Part shown: positions 1-11,544 of the stretch, piece after piece | How the letters are laid out: each line of letters begins with the position of its first letter | How positions within the stretch are numbered: the first letter of the stretch is position 1 | NCBI RefSeq assembly: GCF_001194135.2 | Contig: NC_068982.1 | Span: forward strand, 55,264,477-55,298,977 | DNA length: 34,501 nucleotides | Reading direction: 5' to 3' | From: Octopus bimaculoides | Taxonomy: Eukaryota | The notes under the pieces: generated by a model | What the model was told of the DNA's origin: nothing | What the model saw: the letters and a program-made list of their open reading frames with translations, nothing else | Database searches by the model: none | Made by a program: the position numbers and the translations under genes

Positions 1-430
1 TATATATATATATATAGTGCATATGTATCTGCGTTTAACACAAACATGTCTGTAAACGTGTGCATGTGCATTCTCTGTACATGAGTGTACATTTGCGCAC
101 GTGTGTGTATCAATAATATTTTATACGTGCGCATTGGCGAAATACTCCTCTGGATAGTAGAGTAACTAGATCTTGAGATCGTATGTGGTGAGTTCAAACT
201 TACTATAGGAGGCACTCTGTTGTTTCCAGCTGTCATTAACCTGCAGTTAGATGTTTAGTAGTCTAAATTGATCGATATTGAGCTTATAGCTCCGTCAACC
301 AATGGAGAATATAAGATTCTGTAGATTGGTTTCATGTACACTTGTAGTGGTCAGTTTTATTATGCTATTGTTGTTATTGTAGTTGTCGTTGTTAATGTAG
401 TTGTTTAACCCCAGGTTATTCTTATTACAG

Positions 431-810
431 TGGAGGCGCAATGGCCCAGTGCTTAGGGCAGCGGACTCGCGGTCATAGGATCGCGGTTTCGATTTTCAGA
501 CCGGGCGTTGTGAGTGTTTACTGAGCGAAAACGCCTAAAGCTCCACGAGGCTCCGGCAGGGATGCTGGCGAACCCTGCTGTACTCTTTCACCACAACTTT
601 CTCTCATTCTTACTTCCTGTTTCTGTTGTGCCTGTAATTCAAAGGGCCAGCCTTGTCACACTATGTCACGCTGAATCTCCCCGAGAACTACGTTAAGGGT
701 ACACGTGTCTGTGGAGTGCTCAGCCACTTGCACGTTAATTTCACAAGCAGGCTGTTCCGTTGATTGAATCAACTGGAACCCTCGATGTCGTAAGCGACGG
801 AGTGCCAACA
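431..810 (+). mobile_element. Full-length tRNA-derived SINE with 13-bp target-site duplication
   Basis: A-box-like (TGGCCCAGTGC) and B-box-like (GGTTTCGATTTTC) head. Exact flanking direct repeat ATTCTTATTACAG at 418-430 and 811-823. Confidence 0.85.
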
Positions 811-1129
811 ATTCTTATTACAGCTGAGCTATTATCAAAGGGCTTCCAGCTGTAACCATGTCAGTATTTTGAACATCAGTGACTACATTACCCAAGACGC
901 CTATTACTTTCTTAGTAAGGAAGTTTCTCTGTTTTTTTCCTCTTAGCGGGTAAAGGGTCACCCTAGAAGCCCTTAGGTTTGCTTTGTGATATATAATCGA
1001 CTTTGCAGATCTATTATATTTGAACACCTGTTCTGTATATAGTACCTAGTATTTGAACACCGGCCTCAAAAACTGTATTTCATCACCGACACTATAGGTC
1101 ATATATTTAAACACAGGTTATGAAAGCAC

Positions 1130-1300
1130 GTGGCCTTGTGGCTAGGGTGTTAAAGACCGTGGATACGATCTCTAGATCGTGAGTACGGTCTCCAGATCGT
1201 GGGTACAATTCTCGGAGTGGGCAGTGAGTTGTGTTCTTGAGCAAAACACTCCATTTCACATTGGTCTAGTGCTGTGTGGAGACTGGCATGCCAAAGAATA
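1130..1300 (+). mobile_element. Degenerate tRNA-derived SINE (family with TTGTGTTCTTGAGCAAAACAC core)
   Basis: Head GGCCTTGTGGCTAGGGTGTT. The core motif is shared with 26750-26780. Confidence 0.55.
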
Positions 1301-1331
1301 GAGCCAACGAAAAAAAACCTTAAATAGATAA

Positions 1332-1525
1332 ACGGCGAGCTGGCAGAATTGTTAGAATGCCGGGCAATATGCTTAACAGCATTCAGTCCGACTTTACATC
1401 CTGAGTTCAAATTCTGCCGTGGTCAGCTTTACCTCTCATCCTTTCGGGGTGGATAAAATAAGTACCAGTTGAACACTGGAGTTGATGTAATTGACTCACT
1501 CCCAAAATTTGAAACCAGTATTTAA
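1332..1525 (+). mobile_element. tRNA-derived SINE, GGCGAGCTGGCAGAA family
   Basis: GGCGAGCTGGCAGAATTGTTAG head, GAGTTCAAATTC B-box and GATAAAATAAGTACCAGTT body. Homologous to 2098-2250, 30688-30903 and 32525-32718. Confidence 0.8.
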
Positions 1526-1935
1526 ACGCAGGCTTTATAAATACTATTATCTAAGTAGAGGCACTAAGCACTCCTATATCTGGACAGTTGCAATAAGTGT
1601 GTGAATCTGAGAGAGGAATATGTTGAACAGAATCATAATTAACTGATCCTCATGTATTTTCTTTTACTCAAAACCAGGAACTTTTCGGCACCCCTTCGTA
1701 TATCTAAATACTAAACGATATTATTTGGACACCAGTTTTATAAACTCTAATGTCTGATCGACGGCTTTATAAATTCATCTCATGGAGTGTCCATGCCAAT
1801 TCCACTACGTGAATAGTTACAAGGACAACTTTAAGAGAACGTAGTACACAAATTATTCCGCTTAAAATTACACACACACACACAAACATACTCTCTTCTC
1901 TCTTACACACATACTCTCTGTATCTATCTATCTAA

Positions 1936-1937
<2 letters not shown>

Positions 1938-2028
<91 letters not shown>
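1938..2028. repeat. (CT/GA)n microsatellite
   Basis: Direct reading; explains the ER-repeat ORF at 1936-2154. Confidence 0.95.
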
Positions 2029-2033
<5 letters not shown>

Positions 2034-2097
2034 GTATGTATGTGTATGCGTAAATATGTGTGTATGTTTTACGTATGTATACTCTACCCAGTAAAAT

Positions 2098-2250
2098 AAG
2101 CGGTCGACGAGCTGGCAGAATCGTTAGCACTCCGAAGAAAAAACATGGCAGCATTTTTTTCTGGCTATTTGCGCTCTGAGTTCAAATCCGGTTGAAGTTA
2201 ACTTGGTCATGCATCAATATGAGGTCGATAAAATAAAGCGCTAATCAAGT
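2098..2250 (+). mobile_element. tRNA-derived SINE, GGCGAGCTGGCAGAA family (3' truncated)
   Basis: CGAGCTGGCAGAATCGTTAGCAC head, CTGAGTTCAAATCC B-box, GGTCGATAAAATAA. Confidence 0.75.
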
Positions 2251-2446
2251 GCGTATCTAAATGTATACGATAAGCCTCGCATGCCTACACTTATGTGAAT
2301 ATACGTGCATATGTACGATCTGTAATATATATTCGTATGAACTTATAAACGTTTAAATCCTTTGTAAAACCTGTAAATGATCAGTATACGGATGCTTATA
2401 CATTCACATGGGAGAAATTCATTTTAGGGAACCTGAGACTGTATTC

Positions 2447-2841
2447 CAGGGACGTGCTGCCTAGGTAGGCAAGGTAGGCTATGCCTACCTTGAATAAAAT
2501 AGATTGATTGCAACATTTTCCTTTTATGGCAAACTATGCACCTAATTCAGTAAAATTATGAAGGTTACTCTAATTACTATGCATAAAATGCAAAGTATTT
2601 TTTTTTTTGTAGATTAAGGTAGGTATAATTCTCAACCTTTCAATCTTAGCATTTAAGCTACGCATAGTATTGCTGTAGTACACGTGCTGCGTACACTCCT
2701 ACAACACAGCTTTCTTTACGTGCTATAAAAGCAGAAGTAAACTTGCCTTCAACTCAGTCGCGAGCCTGTGTTTCGCTTATTTTTTGTGTGTTTTCTACAT
2801 AAAGGTCACCAATTGCCTACCCTGAATAATTACAGTTCCTG
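2447..2841. mobile_element. hAT-like MITE (395 bp)
   Basis: Exact 8-bp flanking duplication CTGTATTC (2439-2446, 2842-2849). Imperfect TIRs CAGGGACGTG / CAGGAACTGT. Subterminal TGCCTACC(C/T)TGAATAA repeats at both ends. An 8-bp TSD with CAGG ends is typical of hAT. Confidence 0.8.
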
Positions 2842-3121
2842 CTGTATTCGTATAACGCAACTAAACTGCTGAATGCATGATCCAAGGATATTTTATGAAT
2901 TTCACACTAACAGTTACGAAAAGGAAAAAAAAAAAACCAAAGCCAATGCAAGTGGACTAACAGATGAAGTCCCTACATGAATATCTGATTTCTCATCGTG
3001 TAACTTCAGGTAGCCCCACCCAATACTGCTCAGTGGAGCACGACAAGGAAGCAGAGTTTTTTCTACATGAAACAATTGGTAGCATTGTCAATCCACAAAT
3101 AAAGTATGTGTGTACGTGCAT

Positions 3122-3236
3122 TACACACACACACACACGCACGCACACATATACACACACACTTACACACACACACACACTTACACACACACACACTTAC
3201 ACACACACACACACGCGCACACAAACGCACGCACAC

Positions 3237-3288
<52 letters not shown>
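3122..3288. repeat. (CA)n microsatellite
   Basis: Direct reading. Confidence 0.95.
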
Positions 3289-3291
<3 letters not shown>

Positions 3292-3295
3292 TTTT

Positions 3296-3590
3296 TAATC
3301 TTTTACTTGTTTCAGCCATTGGACTGCGGCCATGTTGGAGCATTGTCCTGAAGAATTTCAGTCGAACGAATCGACTCCAGTAGTTATTTTTTAAAGCCTG
3401 GAATCTATTTTATCGGTATCTTTGGTCGAACCGCAAATTTATGGGGACGTAAACACACAAACACCAATTATCAAGCAGTTGCTGGGAGACAAACACAGAC
3501 ACAAGCACACACACACACATACAAAGATATATACATAGATACATACATACGATGGGTTTGTCTCAGTTTCCGTCAAAAGGCTTTGCACGG
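3296..3590 (-). mobile_element. Composite SINE (internal-microsatellite family), 3' part
   Basis: The reverse complement carries the family tail CCAACATGGCCGCAGTCCAATGGCTGAAACAAGTAAAA. Homologous to 24736-25046 and 26890-27348. Confidence 0.8.
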
Positions 3591-3719
3591 CCATACTTAC
3601 ATACATACATACATACATACATACATGCATGCATGCATGCATGTATACATACATACATACATACATACATACATACATACATACATACACACATACATAC
3701 ATACGTACATACATACATA

Positions 3720-4405
3720 GTGGTTGTCTACTCCTTACACAGAGTTTGACCACCTCCTGCACCTACACCTTAGCCCGTTCATGGCGTCTGATGTGGCTTT
3801 TTAAACCAGACAGTGTTTTGAAAAAACACCCACACAGATTGCACCTCTGATNNNNNNNNNNNNNNNNNNNNNNNNNNNNNNNNNNNNNNNNNNNNNNNNN
3901 NNNNNNNNNNNNNNNNNNNNNNNNNNNNNNNNNNNNNNNNNNNNNNNNNNNNNNNNNNNNNNNNNNNNNNNNNNNNNNNNNNNNNNNNNNNNNNNNNNNN
4001 NNNNNNNNNNNNNNNNNNNNNNNNNNNNNNNNNNNNNNNNNNNNNNNNNNNNNNNNNNNNNNNNNGCTGGATGAGGTTTGTTTTCCATGGGTTCGCAGGT
4101 GAGATTTGAGGCCAGCCAAAGACAGACATGGTCTGTCACAGACTGTGCACACAAAAAGGTCCTTGTCATTCACCTTCTCGATCTTTACATTTTTCCTTAC
4201 TTATCTCTTGAGCCCTGCTTGCGTCATCCTGGATTCTTCAAACGCTTTCACTCCACTCCACACCCTTGCTCGCCATCCAACTCGATCTGAAGCGAGGGCT
4301 TCTATATCTTTTGGAGCCATTCTAATTGACTTCATAGCAGTCCTTATGCCATCCTTAAACCTTTTTTTAGGTTTATGCCGATAACGTTTCCCCTCTGCAA
4401 GCTCA
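3720..4405 (-). mobile_element. 5'-truncated RTE-clade LINE (RT C-terminal region plus C2H2 zinc fingers), spans an N gap
   Basis: ELAEGKRYRHKPKKRFKDGIRTAMK...DIEALASDRVGWRARVWSGVKAFE is typical of RTE ORF ends. It is followed by CTVCDRPCLSLAGLKSHLRTH and CNLCGCFFKTLSGLKSHIRRH, a stop at 3763 and a short 3' UTR ending in (TATG)n. Confidence 0.85.
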
Positions 4406-4513
4406 CATATATACATAGATACATACATACATACATACATGCATGCATACATACATACATACATACATACATACATACATACATACATACATACATACAT
4501 ACATACATACATA

Positions 4514-4673
4514 CGATGGGCTTGTTTCAGTTTCCGTCATCCAAATACACTCACAAGGTTTTGCACTGCTCGAGGGAGGCTATAGAAGATATTTACTCAA
4601 GGTACCAAGCAGTAGGAGTGAACCCGGAACCATGTGGTTGGGAAACGAACTGCTTACCAGACAGCCACGCCTA
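4514..4673 (-). mobile_element. Composite SINE, 5' half (tRNA head)
   Basis: Reverse complement reads GGCGTGGCTGTCTGGTAAG...CCAACCACATGGTTCCGGGTTCACTCC (A/B boxes) ...GACGGAAACTGAAAC. Confidence 0.8.
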
Positions 4674-5250
4674 TACATACTTAAAAGGGCACCGTAAAGT
4701 GCGGCACAATAAATTGAGACTTCGAGCTGTAAATAGCCTCACCGATCGTAGAATGTATGGCGCTCTGCGTTCTTTCTCCTCATCAGCTACGAACACCAAG
4801 TGCGAGTTGCTTTATTTAATTCTGTCCTAATCAATAAGATACTAACTCTCATATACATAATATCACAAGCACTATTAACATATAATTTAATGTGGGATAC
4901 CGCATACAAAGACTAGATAATGTATTTCAATCGAATAATAGTCGTTTACAGGGAATTCCACGTTGTGAAAATGTATTAAACAATTTCACGAGCCGTTTTT
5001 CGCTGTTCTTTAAAGTGTAAATAATCCTTTTCAAGTTAGTATTTCTTACAGGTAATTCGTTGTTTATGTAGTCGAACGAACATTTACTATTCATAAATAC
5101 ACACGCCTTGACCAATCTCCAAAGTTTATAGTAGATTCCCGCGAAAACACATCTGGAATTTTTTTCAAATATATGACATTCTTTAGTGATGACTGTTAAC
5201 ACAAGGGAGATAAGCATCCTTTCACAACATAGAGAGAACGTATCATTATA

Positions 5251-5332
<82 letters not shown>

Positions 5333-5447
5333 TGTATGTGTGTGTGTGTGAGTGTGTATAGAGAGAGACTATGTACACAGATATTTTAATGTGTACGTAT
5401 ATCTACACACACACAGACACTTACACACACACACACACACACGTACA

Positions 5448-5676
5448 CAGCAATCCCTTGCCATATCGCGGTTCACCTATCGCAGTTTATTATTTAAGCT
5501 TACGCCGATTTCTCCGTGGAGTTGTTTTGCATTTATAATAAAATAAATATATATTAATTATAAAAATAAGTAAAAAAAAAAAAAAAATACAGTACAGTAC
5601 TGTTTCTACTTCGCAGATTTTCACCTATAGTGGGTGGTTCTGGAACGTAACATCCGCGATAGTCGAGTGATTACTG
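5448..5676. mobile_element. Tigger/pogo-like (Tc1-mariner superfamily) MITE
   Basis: TIRs CAGCAATCCCTTGCCATATCGCG and (reverse complement) CAGTAATCACTCGACTATCGCG, with TA on the right flank. Confidence 0.7.
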
Positions 5677-6249
5677 TATGTATACATATGTGTGTGTGTG
5701 TGAGTGTGTGTATGTGCGTGCATGTATGTGTGTTAATGTAGGGGAAATATTCATATACGCTGAGTACGTACGTCTATGTGGGGATGTAAGTTAGAATAAG
5801 CCCAGTGTATTCATGAAAATAAATAGTTTTAATTACCTACAAGCTGTCAAATATGAATAACAAACTGTATTAGAAATTCATCACGTGTTCTGATAGCTGA
5901 TATTTATATTTGTCTCTATTTATAGTTCCCTCTCTCCACACTGATAAGAAAAATATCGACGTTTAGCCACTGTAGTATTTAAATTATTTGACCCATCTAT
6001 TTCGCTGCCTGGGGATTTGTTGACTCTAAGACGCAGTCTGAGGGCTGTTTCGACTGTTATGCAATCTCACAGGATGTGTTGATGTAATACGTTTTTAAGA
6101 TACCACTTTATATGACAGATATGTATTGTTTAATAAGATTCGTCTTGGGATATATCAAATAAACGTAAAATTCATCTCTGCACTCACATATTTATACGTG
6201 TGTGTGTGCGCGTGCGTGCATGACTGCGTGCATGCTGTGTGTGTGTGTG

Positions 6250-6297
<48 letters not shown>

Positions 6298-6530
6298 TGT
6301 GTGTGTTTGTGTATGTGTGTGTGTGTGTAAATTTGTAGTGTAATATATGGATTTATAGAATCATGTGAATATCACAGAAAAGTCCCTCCAGCGGACCCGG
6401 CTGGCAGATAACGGTAATCCAATACTGAGACATATAATATGGAGTTCTATGCACCTGAAATTCAGGAGATCCGATCGTCCTGTTTGTGTTACCAATTTTT
6501 GTGTTACCCTTCGCAAAATCCCAAATTTTA

Positions 6531-6770
6531 TTTAATTTGCTTTGAGTGAGCAACTGTTCTATCGAAAGCGTAAATAGTTGTTAAATGCTCGAAATAGGAA
6601 ACTAGAACAACAGCCAACAGCTGATGAAGGGTCATTCTTTATGTTTGTTTATTTACCATTTGTGTCTTTCGTTGTTCGAAAGAATAGTTCATGTTCCATG
6701 TACCAGTGCTTCGTATTTTTTGTTGTACACGTTTCGTGACGTCTTGTGCCCACATATGCATATATGTATA
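6531..6770 (+). mobile_element. Short non-autonomous repeat, probably Penelope-derived (copy 1)
   Basis: Closely matches 7144-7360. Contains CTCGAAA...CAGCTGATGAAGGG. Related to 6875-7126 (-) and 21225-21440 (+). Confidence 0.65.
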
Positions 6771-6804
6771 CGTATAGATTTATGTACATATACGTATGTA
6801 TATA

Positions 6805-6844
<40 letters not shown>

Positions 6845-6874
6845 NNNNNNNNNNTATATACATACATATATGTA

Positions 6875-7126
6875 CATACCTACATTTACATGTATATATA
6901 GATGCATATCCGGGTACAGGACCTCAAAAAAACGTGGACAAAAAAGGAACGGGAACATAAACAAAGCACAAAAAACGAACTTTTTTACAACAGAATGAAC
7001 ACATAGGAAAACAGGCAAGCCACATATGGAACTTTTCCTTCGTCAACTGCCTCTATTCTAAACTAGGTGTTTCGAAGATGAGGCAGAATGCGCTCTTAGA
7101 ATAGCTCTTCCCGCGAAGCAAATTAA
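6875..7126 (-). mobile_element. Same repeat family, inverted (copy 2)
   Basis: The reverse complement aligns along 21225-21440 (CTATTCTA..CTG(C/T)CT..TCTTCGAAAC..TAGAATAGAG(G/A)CAG.TGA.GAAGG..TTTTCCTATGTGTTC..GTCCTGTACCC.GATATGCAT). Confidence 0.7.
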
Positions 7127-7143
7127 GTGAAACCTGCTATGCG

Positions 7144-7360
7144 GAGCAACTGTTTCATCGAAAGCGTATATCGATGTTAGATGCTCGAAATACAAGAGTA
7201 GAAAAACAGCCAACAACTGATGAAGGGACATTCTTTATGTTGTTTGCTTTGTTTTCCAATTATGTGTTTCGTTGTTCGAAAGAATAGTTCATGTTCCATG
7301 TACTCGTGCTTCGTATTTTTTTGTTGTACACGTTTCGTGACGTCCTATGCCCACATATGC
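7144..7360 (+). mobile_element. Same repeat family (copy 3)
   Basis: Near-duplicate of 6548-6770, for example TCGTTGTTCGAAAGAATAGTTCATGTTCCATGTAC and TGTACACGTTTCGTGACGTC. Confidence 0.7.
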
Positions 7361-8634
7361 ATATATATATATATATATATCGATAATAATAAATGGAGCA
7401 AAACGCATGTCAATGAAAGTTCCTTTAATTCCTACATATATGTTTCGAAATAAATGATAGTTCTTTCACAAAGAAGAAAGAGCTGTTGGGGTTCCTCATT
7501 TATTTCTCTTCAAGGAGTTCATAATGAAACATGTAATAGCAAGACAAAAACGAAATAATGCGGTAACTTACGAGCTGAGATGTTACATGGTCAGTGNNNN
7601 NNNNNNNNNNNNNNNNNNNNNNNNNNNNNNNNNNNNNNNNNNNNNNNNNNNNNNNNNNNNNNNNNNNNNNNNNNNNNNNNNNNNNNNNNNNNNNNNNNNN
7701 NNNNNNNNNNNNNNNNNNNNNNNNNNNNNNNNNNNNNNNNNNNNNNNNNNNNNNNNNNNNNNNNNNNNNNNNNNNNNNNNNNNNNNNNNNNNNNNNNNNN
7801 NNNNNNNNNNNNNNNNNNNNNNNNNNNNNNNNNNNNNNNNNNNNNNNNNNNNNNNNNNNNNNNNNNNNNNNNNNNNNNNNNNNNNNNNNNNNNNNNNNNN
7901 NNNNNNNNNNNNNNNNNNNNNNNNNNNNNNNNNNNNNNNNNNNNNNNNNNNNNNNNNNNNNNNNNNNNNNNNNNNNNNNNNNNNNNNNNNNNNNNNNNNN
8001 NNNNNNNNNNNNNNNNNNNNNNNNNNNNNNNNNNNNNNNNNNNNNNNNNNNNNNNNNNNNNNNNNNNNNNNNNNNNNNNNNNNNNNNNNNNNNNNNNNNN
8101 NNNNNNNNNNNNNNNNNNNNNNNNNNNNNNNNNNNNNNNNNNNNNNNNNNNNNNNNNNNNNNNNNNNNNNNNNNNNNNNNNNNNNNNNNNNNNNNNNNNN
8201 NNNNNNNNNNNNNNNNNNNNNNNNNNNNNNNNNNNNNNNNNNNNNNNNNNNNNNNNNNNNNNNNNNNNNNNNNNNNNNNNNNNNNNNNNNNNNNNNNNNN
8301 NNNNNNNNNNNNNNNNNNNNNNNNNNNNNNNNNNNNNNNNNNNNNNNNNNNNNNNNNNNNNNNNNNNNNNNNNNNNNNNNNNNNNNNNNNNNNNNNNNNN
8401 NNNNNNNNNNNNNNNNNNNNNNNNNNNNNNNNNNNNNNNNNNNNNNNNNNNNNNNNNNNNNNNNNNNNNNNNNNNNNNNNNNNNNNNNNNNNNNNNNNNN
8501 NNNNNNNNNNNNNNNNNNNNNNNNNNNNNNNNNNNNNNNNNNNNNNNNNNNNNNNNNNNNNNNNNNNNNNNNNNNNNNNNNNNNNNNNNNNNNNNACCGT
8601 CTTAAAGAAAGTGTCAGTTTTATGTGTGCATGGT

Positions 8635-8685
<51 letters not shown>

Positions 8686-9480
8686 ACAAACATACAAATA
8701 CTCAAATACACACAGATGTCTTTCGATATGGAACAAATTTTAATCATCCTCGCAACTATTTCCACCCTTCATTTGTAAATTTACGTAAAATCCATTCACC
8801 TGCTGTTTCTAAGTAGACATTTCTATCTAGCGATAAGCCTATTCTAGCCAGACCACCTCGCCGGCTAGCATTACATCGCCGTTTACTTAGACACATCATT
8901 CTTTATTTCAAGGTGTTAGCATTTTATAACCTTCGTAAAGGAACCATTTCTAATTACCATATATATTATTTTCTTTTCTTCTTGTAACTTGATCAGAATA
9001 AAAACACCTTTGTTTGCATTAACAGGTAATGACTTTTAGGTGATATAGTGCTCGTTTAGTTCTTGTTATTTATCATCATGATCTTTTATCGTTTCTTTTT
9101 TTTTTACTCACTTGTCATTGCAAATCATTGCCAATTGCTAGAGTAATAAATACCTGATTTATATTTCTTCTAGACAACAAAAAAGAATAATAAATAATTG
9201 ATCTGTTTAAATGTGTTCCAACTGACATTTTTACGTGCTTGATTTTTAAAAATATTTGTTTGTTAATTTTTTTAATTGTATAATTGTGATATTTTATCGT
9301 GTATACTTTTTTTGTTCCACTTTACCATGTGCAACAGATTCAATGCAAATTTGCAGTACATTTTTCGCGTTTTTATTCCTAATCAAAATATACTCGCTCA
9401 AATTTTGGTTTTTTAACTTTACACATAAAATTTATAGCGGCGAGGTGGCAGAACCGTTAGCAATGTTGATAACAAAAATA

Positions 9481-10735
9481 TCAAATTTTAAATTTAAGAA
9501 AAGTCTTGCATATTTTTCAGTTCCACTTACAGATTGTATTTGTAATATACGATTTCTTTCTGTGAAAACCCCAGCTTATTCATATTATTGTCACTTAGGC
9601 ATTTATTCACAAAGCCAAATACACAATTTATTATTGCTATAAATGTGTAATTATAATCTGGATATAGAGGCTGGAGATTTTGATTTTCAGACAGACATTC
9701 GCGTCCCAGAACAGCTAACCTCTATGACGGTACATACTTTTTCTTGTCTGATTCAAACAATGTCCAGCATGTTGTTTACACTTGACAGGTATAATATGAG
9801 AATGTTCAGCCAACATTCCTTGTATTGATGCTTGTGTATGTATTTGATAACTGGGGGATTCTCAATACATTTATTCCAGGACAGTCGCTTTTCTGAATGG
9901 GATTGCATATTGTTTTTGCGACAACATCCCAGCGCATAGGGAGGTTAGTATCTTGATGACATTTTGGGGCAGTTGCTAATCACATGTGCGAGGTTTTCCA
10001 CAAATATATGATATAATCTACGTTTTCGGTTACATCTTGGAGCTCCAAGGATTTTACTGTCTCTTTTGTTTATTTGGTATTTCGTAACAATCTCCTGTTC
10101 TTGTATTGCAAATGCGCAGCCTTCGTAGTGGTCACTAGTCCAAGAGAGGCTTCGCTTCATATCAAAATTTCTGTCTTCATCAAGCCTTCGGGAAACAAAG
10201 CCCACATTGTCTTTTTTCTTTGGTGGGTGATGTATGTTGAGTGTTTCACATTCAGGTCTTCTTTGAGGTATGTTTATCCGGCTGTTTTTGAGTTGTATGG
10301 AGGCGGTCATCAGGAAGAGAGTGCTTCCCGAGGAGCTCGCTGTCGACACATAGGATATTGTTCTCTTTACTTTTCAGCGATAAATTAATGTATTCATTTT
10401 TTGGTGCTGTTGTTTAGCAAGTGCTATCTGAGAGAGACTATACAACATACGTAGGCTGTCTGCACTAATCTCGAGCATCTACTTCCTTATCTTTTCTGTG
10501 GATATCAGAATTTGAGTGGGGTTTCCAGTTGATGTTAGTATCTTGCATGTTTTAACGTCTGTGGGGTGGATTTCTTCTACAGACCAGCTAAGTATCCTAA
10601 ATGTTTGAATCAGCATTGGTACTCAACTGCATTGTGGGATATTGTCTTATTATAAGAAGGGAGTTCCGACTGTCACATTTTCCTAAGTCTGGCATAATAG
10701 CCTGGGTCACTATATTTATGCACAATACCTTCGTG
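9481..10735 (-). mobile_element. Decayed, 5'-truncated R4/Dong-like LINE (post-RT region, CCHC knuckle, restriction-like endonuclease)
   Basis: Frameshifted minus-strand translation gives YYARLRKM*QSELPSYNKTISHNA, TCKILTSTGN, LSWTSDHYEGCAFAIQEQEIVTKY, VENLAHVISNCPKMSSRY, NMLDIV..EKVCTVIEVSC (PD..E nuclease motif), LYPDYNY and terminal LQIQSVSGTEKICKTFLKFKI*. These are motifs of RLE-type non-LTR elements. Confidence 0.8.
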
Positions 10736-11544
10736 TATGTATGTATGTATGTATGTATGTATGTATGTATGTATGTATAGCAGAGTGCGAGAGTCAATCA
10801 GTGGACTCATTCGACATTGTCGGCCCCAGCATCCAGCTGGAAGGGTTGCTGCTGCTGGGGTGGGGGTGGAGTGACTTGTTAACACGCACCTGACACGGGC
10901 TCAGAAGTTACAGCCCGAGTTGCTATCTATAATCGTAAAAATTCAAAGTAATTCAAATTCAATGTTTTCTTCTAATAATAAATTTCTTTAGAGATTAGGA
11001 TTTAAATTCCAATCTATGAAAAGTTTCTGTTCTGTAATATTCTTAATGGAACGAAAATTGATCCACCAACTCGGGCTAATACGAACGAGCCAGGTAGGTG
11101 TAAAGGACCAACTCGCATCTCTTATCAAGCGTACAGGCGACAGTCAGATCGCTGATGTTTGTTGTGCACAGTTTATCCTAATGTGAACAACATTATCCAT
11201 CAGCAACTTTCCGTCTTTGGGGCCACGATATATGAATGGTGAGTCAGTGTATGTATGTTGACTGACATAACGAACGCCTGGAGGTGAAATTCCTGACAAA
11301 AAAATAAACAACGAGGTAGCACCCCAAGGTATATAAAAATACAGATTTACCGGTCAATTACCAGTTAATAACTGTCGCAGCAATTGCAAATGTATCATTA
11401 AATTAGCAGTTCATACATGTGCTTCTAATCGGTTAATGTATACTGCATACAAAAATAAGGACATACTACATATATACAATAATAGAGATTACTGTATAGT
11501 ATCTTCTATGTTCATAATTTTTGGTTTACGATATTGAAAAGAGT

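Noticed and set aside
431-510. tRNA genes at SINE heads
   Set aside because: They have A/B boxes but no complete cloverleaf, and they run into SINE bodies.
2964-3103. Possible exon MKSLHEYLISHRVTS...VNPQIK with CTAACAG acceptor and GTATGT donor
   Set aside because: No polypyrimidine tract, no recognisable homology, and not phase-compatible with the next candidate exon.
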